From an uncultured Bacteroidota bacterium (GTDB lineage: Bacteria; Bacteroidota; Bacteroidia; Bacteroidales; P3): 64,000 nucleotides of DNA. The translations under genes were made by a program, and so were the position numbers. Each line of letters begins with the position of its first letter. Position 1 is the stretch's first letter. The notes beneath the pieces are model-generated. The model did not search any database. It was not told the origin of the DNA and saw only the letters and a list, made by a program, of their open reading frames with translations. Location of the stretch: contig CADALO010000002.1 in the NCBI GenBank assembly GCA_902788805.1, positions 66,349-130,348 of the forward strand, read 5' to 3'. This document shows positions 46,001 through 54,494 of the stretch, piece after piece.

Positions 46001-46431
46001 TTCAGGAAAGGTACCGGCGACAGCTGCGCCGACTTCTGGTCTATTGACGCCAGCAGCAACTCGTTGTCTGTCGCAGCGCCCATCTGCTGCAACTGCAAGA
46101 GGTTCAGCAGCTTGTCGCTCACCTCGGGGAAATAGTCGCCTATTATTTTCGCCGCTGTCTCGTAAGAGATGCACTTGCCCAGTCGCATCATTCTCAGCAG
46201 AGGCACAACTACATAGATACCCAAAATGGCAGCAATGGCAACAATGAACGACCAGAACAGGACCGTCCTGACACCGATGCCAAACCAGCCAAAATGCTCA
46301 AGCACAACTACCGCGATATAGAGCAACAAAATGCCGGCCGCAGCAAGCAACAGGCCCTTTATAAGCCTGTTCTTGTAGTACTTGCGGATGAAAGCATCCA
46401 GTTTCTCTATTATGTTGCCCTGCAATGACAC
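43045..46431 (-). CDS. DUF4175-like giant membrane-anchored coiled-coil protein (non-ATG start likely)
   Basis: ORF extends to ATG 46557, but the first 42 codons look non-native. GTG 46431 or TTG 46425 gives ...QGNIIEKLDAFIRKYYKNRLIKGLLLAAAGILLLYIAVVVL, which matches the family N-terminus as I recall it. Two to three TM segments, then about 450 aa of extreme K/E/Q coiled coil. Confidence 0.65.
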   Translation of the reverse strand: MSLQGNIIEKLDAFIRKYYKNRLIKGLLLAAAGILLLYIAVVVLEHFGWFGIGVRTVLFWSFIVAIAAILGIYVVVPLLRMMRLGKCISYETAAKIIGDYFPEVSDKLLNLLQLQQMGAATDNELLLASIDQKSAQLSPVPFLKAIDLRGNVRYVKYVAVPLLFLVVALIVAPSFITEPSKRLIKHSTFYEKPAPFAFVLENSDLSASQQEDFTVNIMVEGDEIPNDVAILVDGVSYRMRKLDNTHFSYLFKNIQRSHELQFSAVGVVSKVYRLEVMPRPAVVHYQARLSYPAYTGKEAETLQNEGDLTVPKGTRIEWVFQTRDADSLVFLTEGKPRILLPNDNGRTSAAVRAMSSFSYGFFVNNSRIVSDTLTYAVSVIDDAYPMIAVMQMSDSLMPERQFFKGQIKDDYGFSKLEFVVLKTNVSDTSIKSIERVPVAITRDASQEFYYSSDFSQVALNPGDHIKYYFEVWDNDGVNGAKSTQSQSFEIQVPTEEEIDHILRSSTSEINKQADMSVSELRKLQDEINEMMRKLVDKKELTWQDKKQIEELKKKQEEVRNQLQQMRQQMKENQRLEEKFRDQSEHLMEKQKELDRLFDEVMSDEIKELMKEMDRLMNEVDKKKVQEELENMKLKNEDLEKQLDQNIELMKRLELEKKVEQAVNKAEDLAKKQEELSKKQDDSKQNLSEQQQLSEQFQQLKKDIEQIQKDYKSLDNPSDFKADKELQNQIEQKQQEAENSLKKGKKKDASKSQKSAADELHQLSEQLAQAQMDIEQQELAEDSEQIRLLLKNLVQLSFNQESLISVLSAVNVQDPKYQQIIVDQNRLKDDFRNVEDSLRALAKRQIAVAAVVNKELAEVNSNIAKSMSALLQYNQSIYGRFHNTTPSKSMQYSMTSLNNLSLVLAESLDQMQNQMRQNQQQKQQGSCKRQGMKMKNGQCQNPGSGKPSPKSMRQMQEELNKQMQSLKKELEKQGNKPGRTKIGERNSMSSEFAKMAAQQEQIRRMMQEYGQEMKNQSGGNSKLAKEVEDIMRQMEQTEADLVNKTITRQTIQRQQQIMTRLLQHEKAEMEREKEDRRESTEGKDIYQPSQGDLEQYKKLQEKNMELFHTTPPSLNNYYKNKVNDYFFKF

Positions 46432-46657
46432 AAAACGCAATATTAGGACTGGATAACGACAAAGTATAAAAAATATTGTTTCAAGTATAAATATGTGTTT
46501 TTTTCGACCCTTCTCTGTGAAAAAGACGGCATCCGTAAAACACGAAAAGACCTCCAAAATCGGTGAAAATGCAAAATGACTCGCATTTCAAAGAATTTAG
46601 CATATATCCACCTGAAAAACAATATATAACAAAGGTTGTAAAAAGATTTTAGACAGG

Positions 46658-46784
46658 TCGAAAAAGGGCCAAAAACGCCATTTCTCAACACCCTGATTTC
46701 CAGGTACCAAATTCCTACCAAATTTTACCCAAATTCTTATCAAATTCTAACTAAAGTTCAAGATGGTAGAATTTGATAGGAATT
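46658..46784. repeat. dispersed intergenic element, copy C (diverged, same orientation as B)
   Basis: GGCCAAAAACGCCATTTCTCAACACCCTGATTTCCAGGTACCAAATTCC TACCAAATTTT ACCCAAATTCT TATCAAATTCT AACTAAAGTTC aligns with copy B and keeps the 11-nt phasing. It lacks the GTTAWTAAC palindromes. Confidence 0.8.
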
Positions 46785-46948
46785 TATCAAAAAGTCGGGT
46801 GGAAAATAGTATAGTGGACGGGCAGTTTCAAGACCAGTTTGGGGATAAAAAATTAGGGGCGATGTAAAAATCGGAAGCGAATTGTTACATATTAAAGCGA
46901 ACAGATAAAATGTCGAAAAACCCTTTATATAATACTTAAAACCAAATA

Positions 46949-47353
46949 ATGATGAAAACACTAAAGAGATTTGCAATGCTGCTTTTCGCTGCAGCAATGA
47001 TTTTTGCCGCTGCCGCGTGCAGCAAGGAAGAGGGAATCGAGGAAAGCCAGATTGTCGGCAAGTGGCAGTTCCCCACCGATGTCGAATACAGCGATTTCAA
47101 AGGTAACACCCTGGAAATAAACGGCGACCACACGGCGATTATGCATATAAGCCGCTTCGAGGTGGGTTTTGCCTGGACGCTGGAGGGGTCCCATTTCGTG
47201 GCCACCCGCGAACAAAGCGGGGTGCGGGCCGACATCGATTTCGAGATAACCGGCATCAACGAAAGCGCTATGAGCATTGAGGGCTGCTACACTCTGAGCG
47301 GAACCAAAACCGAACGACATAACATCACGTGCACGGTCAGCAAGCTGCAATGA
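46949..47353 (+). CDS. hypothetical small lipoprotein
   Basis: 134 aa. MMKTLKRFAMLLFAAAMIFAAAAC lipobox. Confidence 0.7.
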   Translation: MMKTLKRFAMLLFAAAMIFAAAACSKEEGIEESQIVGKWQFPTDVEYSDFKGNTLEINGDHTAIMHISRFEVGFAWTLEGSHFVATREQSGVRADIDFEITGINESAMSIEGCYTLSGTKTERHNITCTVSKLQ

Positions 47354-47363
47354 GCACGTCGTT

Positions 47364-47398
47364 TTCACATTCGGGGGCGCCCGCGGCAAACGGGCGCC
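47364..47398 (+). terminator. rho-independent terminator
   Basis: GGGGCGCCCG cggcaaa CGGGCGCCCC ttcttttt: 10-bp perfect GC stem plus T-tract, 11 nt after stop 47353. Confidence 0.85.
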
Positions 47399-47481
47399 CC
47401 TTCTTTTTACCAGTGCGAACAAATAAAATTTGGTCGTTCCGCGAAAAGTGTATATCTTTGCAAATCGAAACAATCGAAAAT

Positions 47482-48282
47482 ATGGGCAAAGTAGTATTGA
47501 TAACCGGTGCGTCGTCGGGCTTTGGCAAGGCGACGGCCGAACGTTTGGCGGCAAAGGGCTACACCGTTTATGGAACCAGCCGTAACGAGATGCAACACAA
47601 TGACATACACTTCCTTGTGATGGATGTTCGCGACCACGATTCCGTGTCGCGTGGCGTGGAACGGATTGTCGAGGAGCAGGGCAGGATAGACGTGGTTGTG
47701 AACAACGCCGGAATGGGCATCGGAGGGTCGCTCGAGATGGCCACCGGCGAGGAGATTGAGCTGCAAATGGGCACCAACTTCCGTGGCTGCGTCAACGTGT
47801 GCCAGGCCGTGCTGCCGGTGATGCGCCGGCAGGGTGGGGGACAGGTCATCAACCTCAGTTCCATAGGCGGCGTGATGGGCCTGCCGTATCAAGGCTTCTA
47901 CTCTGCATCCAAGTTTGCAATTGAAGGCTTTACCGAGGCTTTGGCGGCCGAAGTTCGCGGTTTCGGCATCAAGGTCTCGATGGTGGAGCCGGGCGATTTC
48001 GCAACCAACTTCACCGCGCGGCGCAAGAATTCCGAATTGACCGCGAAAAGCGCCGCCTACGGCGCCAGTTTCGCCCGCTCCTTGGAACTCATCGAGAAAG
48101 AGGAGAACGGCGGCCTACGGCCCGAAAAACTGGCCAAAACGATAGAGAAAATCATCTGCAGCCGTCGCCCACGCCTGCGCTATGTGGTGGCCAACCTCGA
48201 GCAGAAGCTTTCGGTGCTGCTCAAACGCATCATTCCAGGCAACTGGATGGTAGGGATTTTAAGGAACTATTATAAAGTGTAA
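47482..48282 (+). CDS. SDR-family oxidoreductase
   Basis: ORF 47329..48282. ATG 47482 gives MGKVVLITGASSGFGKA. Catalytic YSASKFAIEG. Confidence 0.85.
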   Translation: MGKVVLITGASSGFGKATAERLAAKGYTVYGTSRNEMQHNDIHFLVMDVRDHDSVSRGVERIVEEQGRIDVVVNNAGMGIGGSLEMATGEEIELQMGTNFRGCVNVCQAVLPVMRRQGGGQVINLSSIGGVMGLPYQGFYSASKFAIEGFTEALAAEVRGFGIKVSMVEPGDFATNFTARRKNSELTAKSAAYGASFARSLELIEKEENGGLRPEKLAKTIEKIICSRRPRLRYVVANLEQKLSVLLKRIIPGNWMVGILRNYYKV

Positions 48283-48300
48283 CCATTAACAATCAACAAG

Positions 48301-48675
48301 ATGAGAGACAATGGCAAAGACATCTGCAAACAATTGAAGGATATCCGTCAACAGATTGCTTCCGAGAACGACATACCGCTGGAAGAGCACGAATGCCACT
48401 ACGACGGTCCGTGCAATGGCACCTGCCCGCGATGCGACGCTGAGCTGCAATATCTCGAAAAGGAGATGGCTCGCCGCGGCAAACTGAGCAAGGCGGCGCT
48501 TGTGGCAGGCGTTACGTTGAGCCTTGCCGCTTCAGCTTGTACCACAGAAGGCAAGCCTTGGCCGGATCAACTTGAAGGTGATGTATACTATCCCGAGGAC
48601 ACCACCCAATGCCAGAATACAGAAATAGCCCCATCTGACAATGAGGCTATTAGTATTAATCCGGAAGAGATGTAA
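48301..48675 (+). CDS. hypothetical Cys-rich, membrane-anchored protein
   Basis: 124 aa. CHYDGPCNGTCPRCDAEL cluster followed by one hydrophobic segment (AALVAGVTLSLAASAC). Confidence 0.5.
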   Translation: MRDNGKDICKQLKDIRQQIASENDIPLEEHECHYDGPCNGTCPRCDAELQYLEKEMARRGKLSKAALVAGVTLSLAASACTTEGKPWPDQLEGDVYYPEDTTQCQNTEIAPSDNEAISINPEEM

Positions 48676-49797
48676 TTATATCTCCTTGCCGAAGACGGCG
48701 CGGGTCATAAGGGGCTCGGTTTGGTAGGTGGTACCCCAAATCTTCTCGGCTTCGTTGCCAATGATTTGCGGATTGGTGTAAGCCCAAATAACATTGTTTT
48801 TGATGGCGTTGCGGTTCATCTCGGCATAGTAGATCGAGTGGACGCCGCGCTTCTGCCATTCGGGGTGGACGCCGTTGAGCAGCAGGTCGATAGAGTCATA
48901 TTTATGCAGGGCCCGCAGCAGGTGGAACCATCCGAAGGGGAAAAGGCGACCGTTGGCTTTCTTGTATGCAGGTCCGAGGCAGGGGATGCTGAGGCCAAAT
49001 GCAATGAGATTGTCGTCCTTGTCGACAACGAAGTTGCAGAAATCCAGGTTAATAAAGGGGAAATATTCCTTGATATAGACATCAATTTCCTTCTCAGACA
49101 TCGGCACAAAGTCAAAGAGGTCCTTGAAGGCATCGTTCAACGTATGGAAGAACTTGCGGGCATATGGATAAACCTCGCTGCGTTTCTTGAATTTCAGCAG
49201 TTTAAGGTTGTACTTTTCAAGAATAAGCTGGTTTATGCGGGCAACCTTTTCGGGAATCGGCTGACTGGCGGGCATCTTGTATTGCTGCCAGCGGCAAAGT
49301 ATCTTGCAGTCAAGGCGTTCGATGAACCTGATATAATACTCGGGATTGTAGAGTGTGGTCATATTCTGATAGCCATCGAAGTTGTCTATCACCCAGCACT
49401 CCTTATCCATATCGGTGAAGCCGAAAGGACCTTCAATCTCAGTCATTCCTTTGCTGCGGCCATATTCCACGACCTTGTCGAAAAGGGCCTTGCAGACATC
49501 GAAATCCTCTACGAAATCGAACCATCCAAAGCGGACAGCCTTCTTGTTCCAACGCTCATTGACAGAGTGGTTTATGATTGCTGCCACGCGTCCCACGATC
49601 TTGCCGTTAACCGAAGCAAGAAACATTTTGAGGTCGCTATGTTCGAGTGAAGGGTTCTTGTCTGTCAGAATAGCCCTCTCGTCGCGGTTCAGCGGCGGGA
49701 TGTAGGAAGGCACATCCTTAAAGAGTTTGTTTGGAAATTCAATGAATCTGTTAAGGTCGCGGCGACCATTGACTTCACTAATAACAATGTTCTCCAT
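48676..49797 (-). CDS. uncharacterised acyl-CoA N-acyltransferase-like (GNAT-like) protein adjacent to SPT
   Basis: 373 aa. VGRVAAIINHSVNERWNKKAVRFGWFDFVED...GMTEIEGPFGFTDMDKEC resembles the roughly 370-aa proteins annotated GNAT in Bacteroidota. The fold call comes from memory, not a search. Confidence 0.45.
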   Translation of the reverse strand: MENIVISEVNGRRDLNRFIEFPNKLFKDVPSYIPPLNRDERAILTDKNPSLEHSDLKMFLASVNGKIVGRVAAIINHSVNERWNKKAVRFGWFDFVEDFDVCKALFDKVVEYGRSKGMTEIEGPFGFTDMDKECWVIDNFDGYQNMTTLYNPEYYIRFIERLDCKILCRWQQYKMPASQPIPEKVARINQLILEKYNLKLLKFKKRSEVYPYARKFFHTLNDAFKDLFDFVPMSEKEIDVYIKEYFPFINLDFCNFVVDKDDNLIAFGLSIPCLGPAYKKANGRLFPFGWFHLLRALHKYDSIDLLLNGVHPEWQKRGVHSIYYAEMNRNAIKNNVIWAYTNPQIIGNEAEKIWGTTYQTEPLMTRAVFGKEI

Positions 49798-49809
49798 AAA
49801 AAAACGAAA

Positions 49810-49845
49810 GGACTTTAAGGGCCTTCCTCAAGGACCCTAAAGTCC
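49810..49845 (-). other. strong intra-operon hairpin between SPT and the GNAT-like gene
   Basis: ggactttaagggcctt cctc aaggaccctaaagtcc: 14 of 16 positions pair. Sits 27 nt after the SPT stop and 13 nt before ATG 49797. Confidence 0.7.
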
Positions 49846-49871
49846 TTAAGGACATAGGCCGAGTGATGAAA

Positions 49872-51056
49872 TTATAATAATCCCAATTTTTTAAAGCATT
49901 TAACAGTCTTTTCGACCGCAAAATCTACTTGCTCAATAGTATGCGTAGCCATCCAGGCAAGACGTATAAGCGTGTCCTCGGGCGGCACGGCAGGCGATAT
50001 GACCGGATTTACAAAGACGCCCTCGTCGAGCAGCATCTTCGTTACCATAAATGTCTTCTCGTTGTCGCGCACGTAGAGCGGTATGATAGGTGTCTCTGTG
50101 TTGCCAATCTCGAAGCCCGCATCGCGGAACGATTTGAGGGCGTAGTTGGCCACCTTCCAGAGGTTTTCCTGGCGTTCCGGCTCGCTGCGCATAATCTCGA
50201 TAGCTGCTATTACCGAAGCCGTTGCCGAAGGCGGAATGCTTGCGGTGAAGATGTAGGGGCGCACATTGTGGCGCATCCAGTTGATGGTATCTTTGTCGGC
50301 AGCGATAAAGCCTCCGATAGAAGCAAGTGACTTGGAGAAGGTACCCATAATGAGTTCCGTCTTGTCAAGCAGATTGAAGTGGTCGGTAACGCCACGGCCC
50401 TCGCGTCCAAAAACGCCCAAACCGTGAGCCTCGTCGACCATAAGCGTAGCCTGGTATTTGTCGCACAGCACCTGCATTTCAGGCAGCTTAGCCACATCGC
50501 CTTCCATACTGAAAACACCATCGGTAACCACCAACTTGGCGGCATCCAACGGACAACGTTGCAGCACACGCTCAAGGTCCTTCATATCGTTGTGGCGATA
50601 CTTCAGAGTGTTGGCAAAAGTCAGACGTTTGCCCTCAATTATCGAAGCGTGGTCCATCTCGTCGAAAATGACATAGTCGTTACGACCCGTGATGCAGGGA
50701 ATGACGCCTGAATTGGCTTGAAATCCTGCCGAGAACAGCATTACGCCATCCTTGCCGAGGAAATCGGCCAAGATGCCTTCAAGTTTATGATGTATGTCCA
50801 AAGTGCCATTAAGGAACGGCGAGCCGGCACAACCGGTACCGTACTTGTCAATGGCAGCCTTTGCAGCTTCTTTAATCTTCGGATGGTTAGTAAGACCCAA
50901 ATAACTGTTGGAACCAAGCATCAGGATTCGTTTCCCTTCCATCGTAACCATCGTATCCTGATCGCTCGAAATCTCTCTAAAATACGGATATACGCCCTTG
51001 GCTTTTACTTCTTGGGGCGTTGTGTACCTGGAGAGTTTTTGTTGCAGTGGTTTCAT
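49872..51056 (-). CDS. spt: serine palmitoyltransferase (AONS family)
   Basis: 394 aa. GVYPYFREI, SNSYLGLTNHPK, DEMDHASIIEG, MVDEAHGLGVFGREGRG and GTFSKSLASIGG closely follow the Bacteroides SPT sequence as I remember it, including the length. Confidence 0.8.
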   Translation of the reverse strand: MKPLQQKLSRYTTPQEVKAKGVYPYFREISSDQDTMVTMEGKRILMLGSNSYLGLTNHPKIKEAAKAAIDKYGTGCAGSPFLNGTLDIHHKLEGILADFLGKDGVMLFSAGFQANSGVIPCITGRNDYVIFDEMDHASIIEGKRLTFANTLKYRHNDMKDLERVLQRCPLDAAKLVVTDGVFSMEGDVAKLPEMQVLCDKYQATLMVDEAHGLGVFGREGRGVTDHFNLLDKTELIMGTFSKSLASIGGFIAADKDTINWMRHNVRPYIFTASIPPSATASVIAAIEIMRSEPERQENLWKVANYALKSFRDAGFEIGNTETPIIPLYVRDNEKTFMVTKMLLDEGVFVNPVISPAVPPEDTLIRLAWMATHTIEQVDFAVEKTVKCFKKLGLL

Positions 51057-51125
51057 TAAAAGACTAATTATATAATAGTTTAAGAGTGCAAAATAACAAA
51101 AAAAAATCGGAAAAATCCGATTTTA

Positions 51126-51977
51126 TTATGATAAAAATTTGAAAAGTTGAGAAGTGAGTCGACTTGCTCCTATTCTAAAATTCTGGTTATTAGTAATTTC
51201 TTTTCCTAATATTTTTTTGTGTAAAAGGTAATAAATCAATGCGTCAGAGGGGTTGGAAATGCCTCCTGCAGCCTTGAATCCAACTGTTTTTTTAGAAATT
51301 TTAATATAATCACGCACTGCCAAAAGCATAACATAGGCAGCTTCGGGCGTGGCTCCAACAGGAATCTTGCCTGTCGATGTCTTTACGAAATCAGCACCGG
51401 CGTCGAGTACCAGCCTTGATGCATTATAAACATTCTCAGGTGTTTGCAGTTCACCTGTTTCTATGATAACCTTGAGTAAGGCACTATTTCCGCACACCTC
51501 CTTTGCCGCAGCAACTTCATCGAAGACAGCCGTAGTGTTACCCGTCAAGAAATCACCCCGGTTTATCACAAAGTCAACCTCATCCGCTCCCTCTTCTACA
51601 ACGTACTTTACTTCCTCTGTTTTAATGCGTTGCGGTGTCTGTCCAGCAGGGAAGCCGCCTGCTACCGATGCTACCTTGATACCGCTGTTCTCCAACTCCT
51701 TCTTGGCAACGCCGACAAAGCGAGGATATACACACACCGAAGCCACGTGGCTCTGCTTGCCGTCTGTCAGGTACATCTCGCGTGTCGCACGGCAGAACGT
51801 CTCGACCGAAAGCTGCGAGTCAGAACCGTTAAGCGTCGTGTTGTCTATACACGTAAAAACCTCGCTGAGCTTTGCTTTCCGCTCAGAGTCAGACAATTTA
51901 CCGATAGTTGCTTCTACTTCGGCAATGCATCCCTTAAAAGCACAAGGGTCAAAAACAAAATCATTTTCCATTCTCAA
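51126..51977 (-). CDS. deoC: deoxyribose-phosphate aldolase
   Basis: 283 aa. FVKTSTGK Schiff-base lysine region and KAAGGI motif. Overlaps the upstream gene by 17 nt (alternative start ATG 51971). Confidence 0.8.
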   Translation of the reverse strand: MRMENDFVFDPCAFKGCIAEVEATIGKLSDSERKAKLSEVFTCIDNTTLNGSDSQLSVETFCRATREMYLTDGKQSHVASVCVYPRFVGVAKKELENSGIKVASVAGGFPAGQTPQRIKTEEVKYVVEEGADEVDFVINRGDFLTGNTTAVFDEVAAAKEVCGNSALLKVIIETGELQTPENVYNASRLVLDAGADFVKTSTGKIPVGATPEAAYVMLLAVRDYIKISKKTVGFKAAGGISNPSDALIYYLLHKKILGKEITNNQNFRIGASRLTSQLFKFLS

Positions 51978-53118
51978 TCGTTTTCTTGTACGACTTGGCG
52001 AAATTCTCTTTGCTGAATGCAGGAATACGGTGCGACTTGCGGTAATCGGACGAAATGAACTTGTACAGCAAGTGCTTCTTGATGAACGGCGATACGTTCA
52101 TCTTTGAACGGCTCAAAAGCATTTTCCTCATCACACCCAAAAGTCGCCTCTCCATTTTGTCCAACGCACCTTCAGCAATAAGCAGATGGCGCGATTCCAC
52201 TATCATCTCGCGAATCGGCAAACTGATAGGACACACCTCCTCGCAACGTCCGCACAGGGTACAGGCAAACATAACGTGTTTGTAGCTCTCAATAGTTTCA
52301 AGATACGGCAGTGTCACGTTTGCCATAGGGCCGACAAAGACATTGTTGTAAGGCTCCTCGCCAATAGTTTGGAAAACAGGACAGACATCGTTGCAACGGC
52401 CACATTGCAGACACATCATTGACTGGCGTATCTCCTTGTTCTTCAACAGTTGCGAACGTTGATTGTCGATAATAAAGAGGTAGTTGTTACAATTCTCCGA
52501 CCCCCTGAAAACAATCATATCCTGTCTGCCGCTGCCCGAGTTGTACGAAACCAGCTGTTGATACATCTCCACCCAGTCGCTGTTACACAGAACCCTGTCG
52601 ATAGTAGTGAAGAAAACGTTGGTTTTATGATTCGTAAGTCGCTCAAAGCTGTTGTTTGTCTGGTTCAACAAAAGTATGGCACCGGTGTCCGACAGAATCC
52701 TGTCGGCATTGAAAAACTGCATATCGCCGTCCTCAGCCAGGGCAATCTTCTCGTCACGCAGGAAATATTTGATTCCCAACTCGCGGAAAACCGTGGAATT
52801 GTTGATATTAGGCAGACGCACAGACTTGACTTTGTGCACTTTGAACAATTTCTTCAAACTCTCGAAAACATCATTGTAGTCAGTTGCCCAAAACACAGCA
52901 TTGTGCTTGTTGGTAAAACGGTTCTCAAAGCGCGTCAGCTCCTCGTCAAGGTTCTCGACAGTATACCTCAACGCCGCCTTGAAACGCGAAATAGCAGAAC
53001 TGCTGAGCTTGAAATTCACTTCATTCTCAGCGTTCAGAGCAAAGTTCCTCGCACCGGCATTCGACTCTATAGCCTTCTCTGACGAATCCAAGAAGTTGAG
53101 ATAGAAATCGTCGTTCAT
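51961..53118 (-). CDS. LUD-domain / 4Fe-4S dicluster protein (LutB-like)
   Basis: 385 aa. Two ferredoxin-type motifs, CLQCGRCNDVCP and CTLCGRCEEVCP, after an LUD-like N-terminal half. Confidence 0.6.
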   Translation of the reverse strand: MNDDFYLNFLDSSEKAIESNAGARNFALNAENEVNFKLSSSAISRFKAALRYTVENLDEELTRFENRFTNKHNAVFWATDYNDVFESLKKLFKVHKVKSVRLPNINNSTVFRELGIKYFLRDEKIALAEDGDMQFFNADRILSDTGAILLLNQTNNSFERLTNHKTNVFFTTIDRVLCNSDWVEMYQQLVSYNSGSGRQDMIVFRGSENCNNYLFIIDNQRSQLLKNKEIRQSMMCLQCGRCNDVCPVFQTIGEEPYNNVFVGPMANVTLPYLETIESYKHVMFACTLCGRCEEVCPISLPIREMIVESRHLLIAEGALDKMERRLLGVMRKMLLSRSKMNVSPFIKKHLLYKFISSDYRKSHRIPAFSKENFAKSYKKTIENGK

Positions 53119-53119
53119 C

Positions 53120-53563
53120 TTAATCCAGCAACTTATTGATTTTCTCTACGCGGCGCTGGTGGCGACCACCCTCGAAGGGTGTTGAAAGGAAAATATCGAC
53201 AATCTTCAATGCCAGATCTTCCGGAATGAATCTTGCAGGCAAAGAGACAATGTTGGCATCGTTGTGCTGACGGCCAAGCTTTGCAATCTCCTCGTTCCAG
53301 CATAGCGCACAGCGCACATTTGGATACTTGTTGACAGTCATCTGCACACCGTTGCCAGAGCCGCAGATAACAATACCCCTCTTATATTCGCCTTTGTTAA
53401 CAGCACTGCCCACCTGATGAGCAAAGTCAGGATAGTCGACACTATCGTTCGAAAATGTACCAAAGTCTTTAACCTCAATATTTTTCGAGGCCAAATACTC
53501 TTTTACTTTCTCTTTGAGTTCGAAGCCGGCGTGATCGCAGGCAATAGGTATAATTTCACTCAT
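53120..53563 (-). CDS. rpiB: ribose-5-phosphate isomerase B
   Basis: ORF to TTG 53596. ATG 53563 gives MSEIIPIACDHAGFELK...ICGSGNGVQMTVNK, the canonical RpiB. Confidence 0.9.
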   Translation of the reverse strand: MSEIIPIACDHAGFELKEKVKEYLASKNIEVKDFGTFSNDSVDYPDFAHQVGSAVNKGEYKRGIVICGSGNGVQMTVNKYPNVRCALCWNEEIAKLGRQHNDANIVSLPARFIPEDLALKIVDIFLSTPFEGGRHQRRVEKINKLLD

Positions 53564-54174
53564 TTTCTTCTTTTTATTCTTTAATAACTTTTGCAAAAAT
53601 ACGATAAAAAAGCGACTTGCATATCACATATTCCTCTAAAGAAAGAATAATTATCACCAATTAATGTTATCTCGTTAAGCATTAGCCTCTTATGGTTTTA
53701 TAAACAATACATTGTTTAATATCTTGTGAAAAAATGATAATAATGATGTTGAAACAAAACGAAGAAGAACAAATGTTGATTAATGTTCAGAAAACAGTCA
53801 TTTTTCAAAAGAAATAATCACGAAAACAAACACAAAATGAAATGAACAAATAGCTGTTTACACCGAAATAAACAGGCTGTTCATTAAATCATAAAACAAT
53901 GAAAAGACAATAATTAGACGGTGAAAAGCATAAAAAACATAGTGAACAAAATATACTCAAAACACCAGCAAAACCGAGATACTAACAAATTAACACCCTA
54001 AAAAAATAAAAGAAAAAATAAATTTAATCCTTTTTATTATTTTTAGCTTCGCTTTGATGCCAAACAACCTCTCATTTTTTTAAAAAATTCGGGTGAATTT
54101 TAGATAACTATCAGTTTGTGCAGGAGTATATAGAACGTAGTTGAATGTATATATCCTCACCCTAACTCCGTGTC

Positions 54175-54265
54175 TTCAACCATATATCAACGTTACTTCA
54201 ACGATAGTTTAACCATTATATATGGTAGAAATATGGTTGAACGATGGTTAAACGATGGTTGAAAT
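54175..54265. repeat. iteron-like array: three tandem 11-nt units ATGGTTGAACG / ATGGTTAAACG / ATGGTTGAAAT facing complementary CAAC-type units
   Basis: Units at 54233-54265. The left side reads TTCAACCATAT ATCAACGTTAC TTCAACGATAG TTTAACCATTA. 54175-54185 pairs perfectly with 54231-54241. Confidence 0.8.
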
Positions 54266-54283
54266 AGCGGAGCAAGTCCGTAG

Positions 54284-54340
54284 TTGATATAATGGAGAGA
54301 TGTGCCTAAGAGCAAGCTGCCCTCCGGGTATTATATCAAC
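54284..54340. other. stem-loop with 11-bp perfect stem GTTGATATAAT/ATTATATCAAC and 35-nt loop
   Basis: Read directly, 150 nt upstream of the nadA promoter box. Confidence 0.7.
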
Positions 54341-54486
54341 AGGATTTGGAATTGCCGGTCATAATTACCAGATGTTGTGGAAATCATTTTCCGACATAAT
54401 TGACAACGACAAGGAAAATGGAAGGAACAACATAATTTCTGGTTAGAATAAAAGAGAGATTAAGGAGTATATTAAATTTTTTTTCG

Positions 54487-54494
54487 TATCTTTG
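54487..54494 (+). promoter_or_regulatory. putative -7 box TATCTTTG for nadA
   Basis: Preceded by a T-run, 73 nt upstream of ATG 54567. Confidence 0.5.

Noticed and set aside
46432-46557. The ATG 46557 start for the DUF4175-like gene.
   Set aside because: The added 42 residues (MEVFSCFTDAVFFTEKGRKKHIFILETIFFILCRYPVLILRF) are unlike the family N-terminus. They also extend into the AT-rich promoter region.
54175-54345. An NAD+ riboswitch (nadA motif) upstream of nadA.
   Set aside because: The structured region lies upstream of the best promoter box (54487), not in the 5-prime UTR. I do not see the conserved C-rich bulge sequence I associate with that motif. That class is also not known to me from Bacteroidota.
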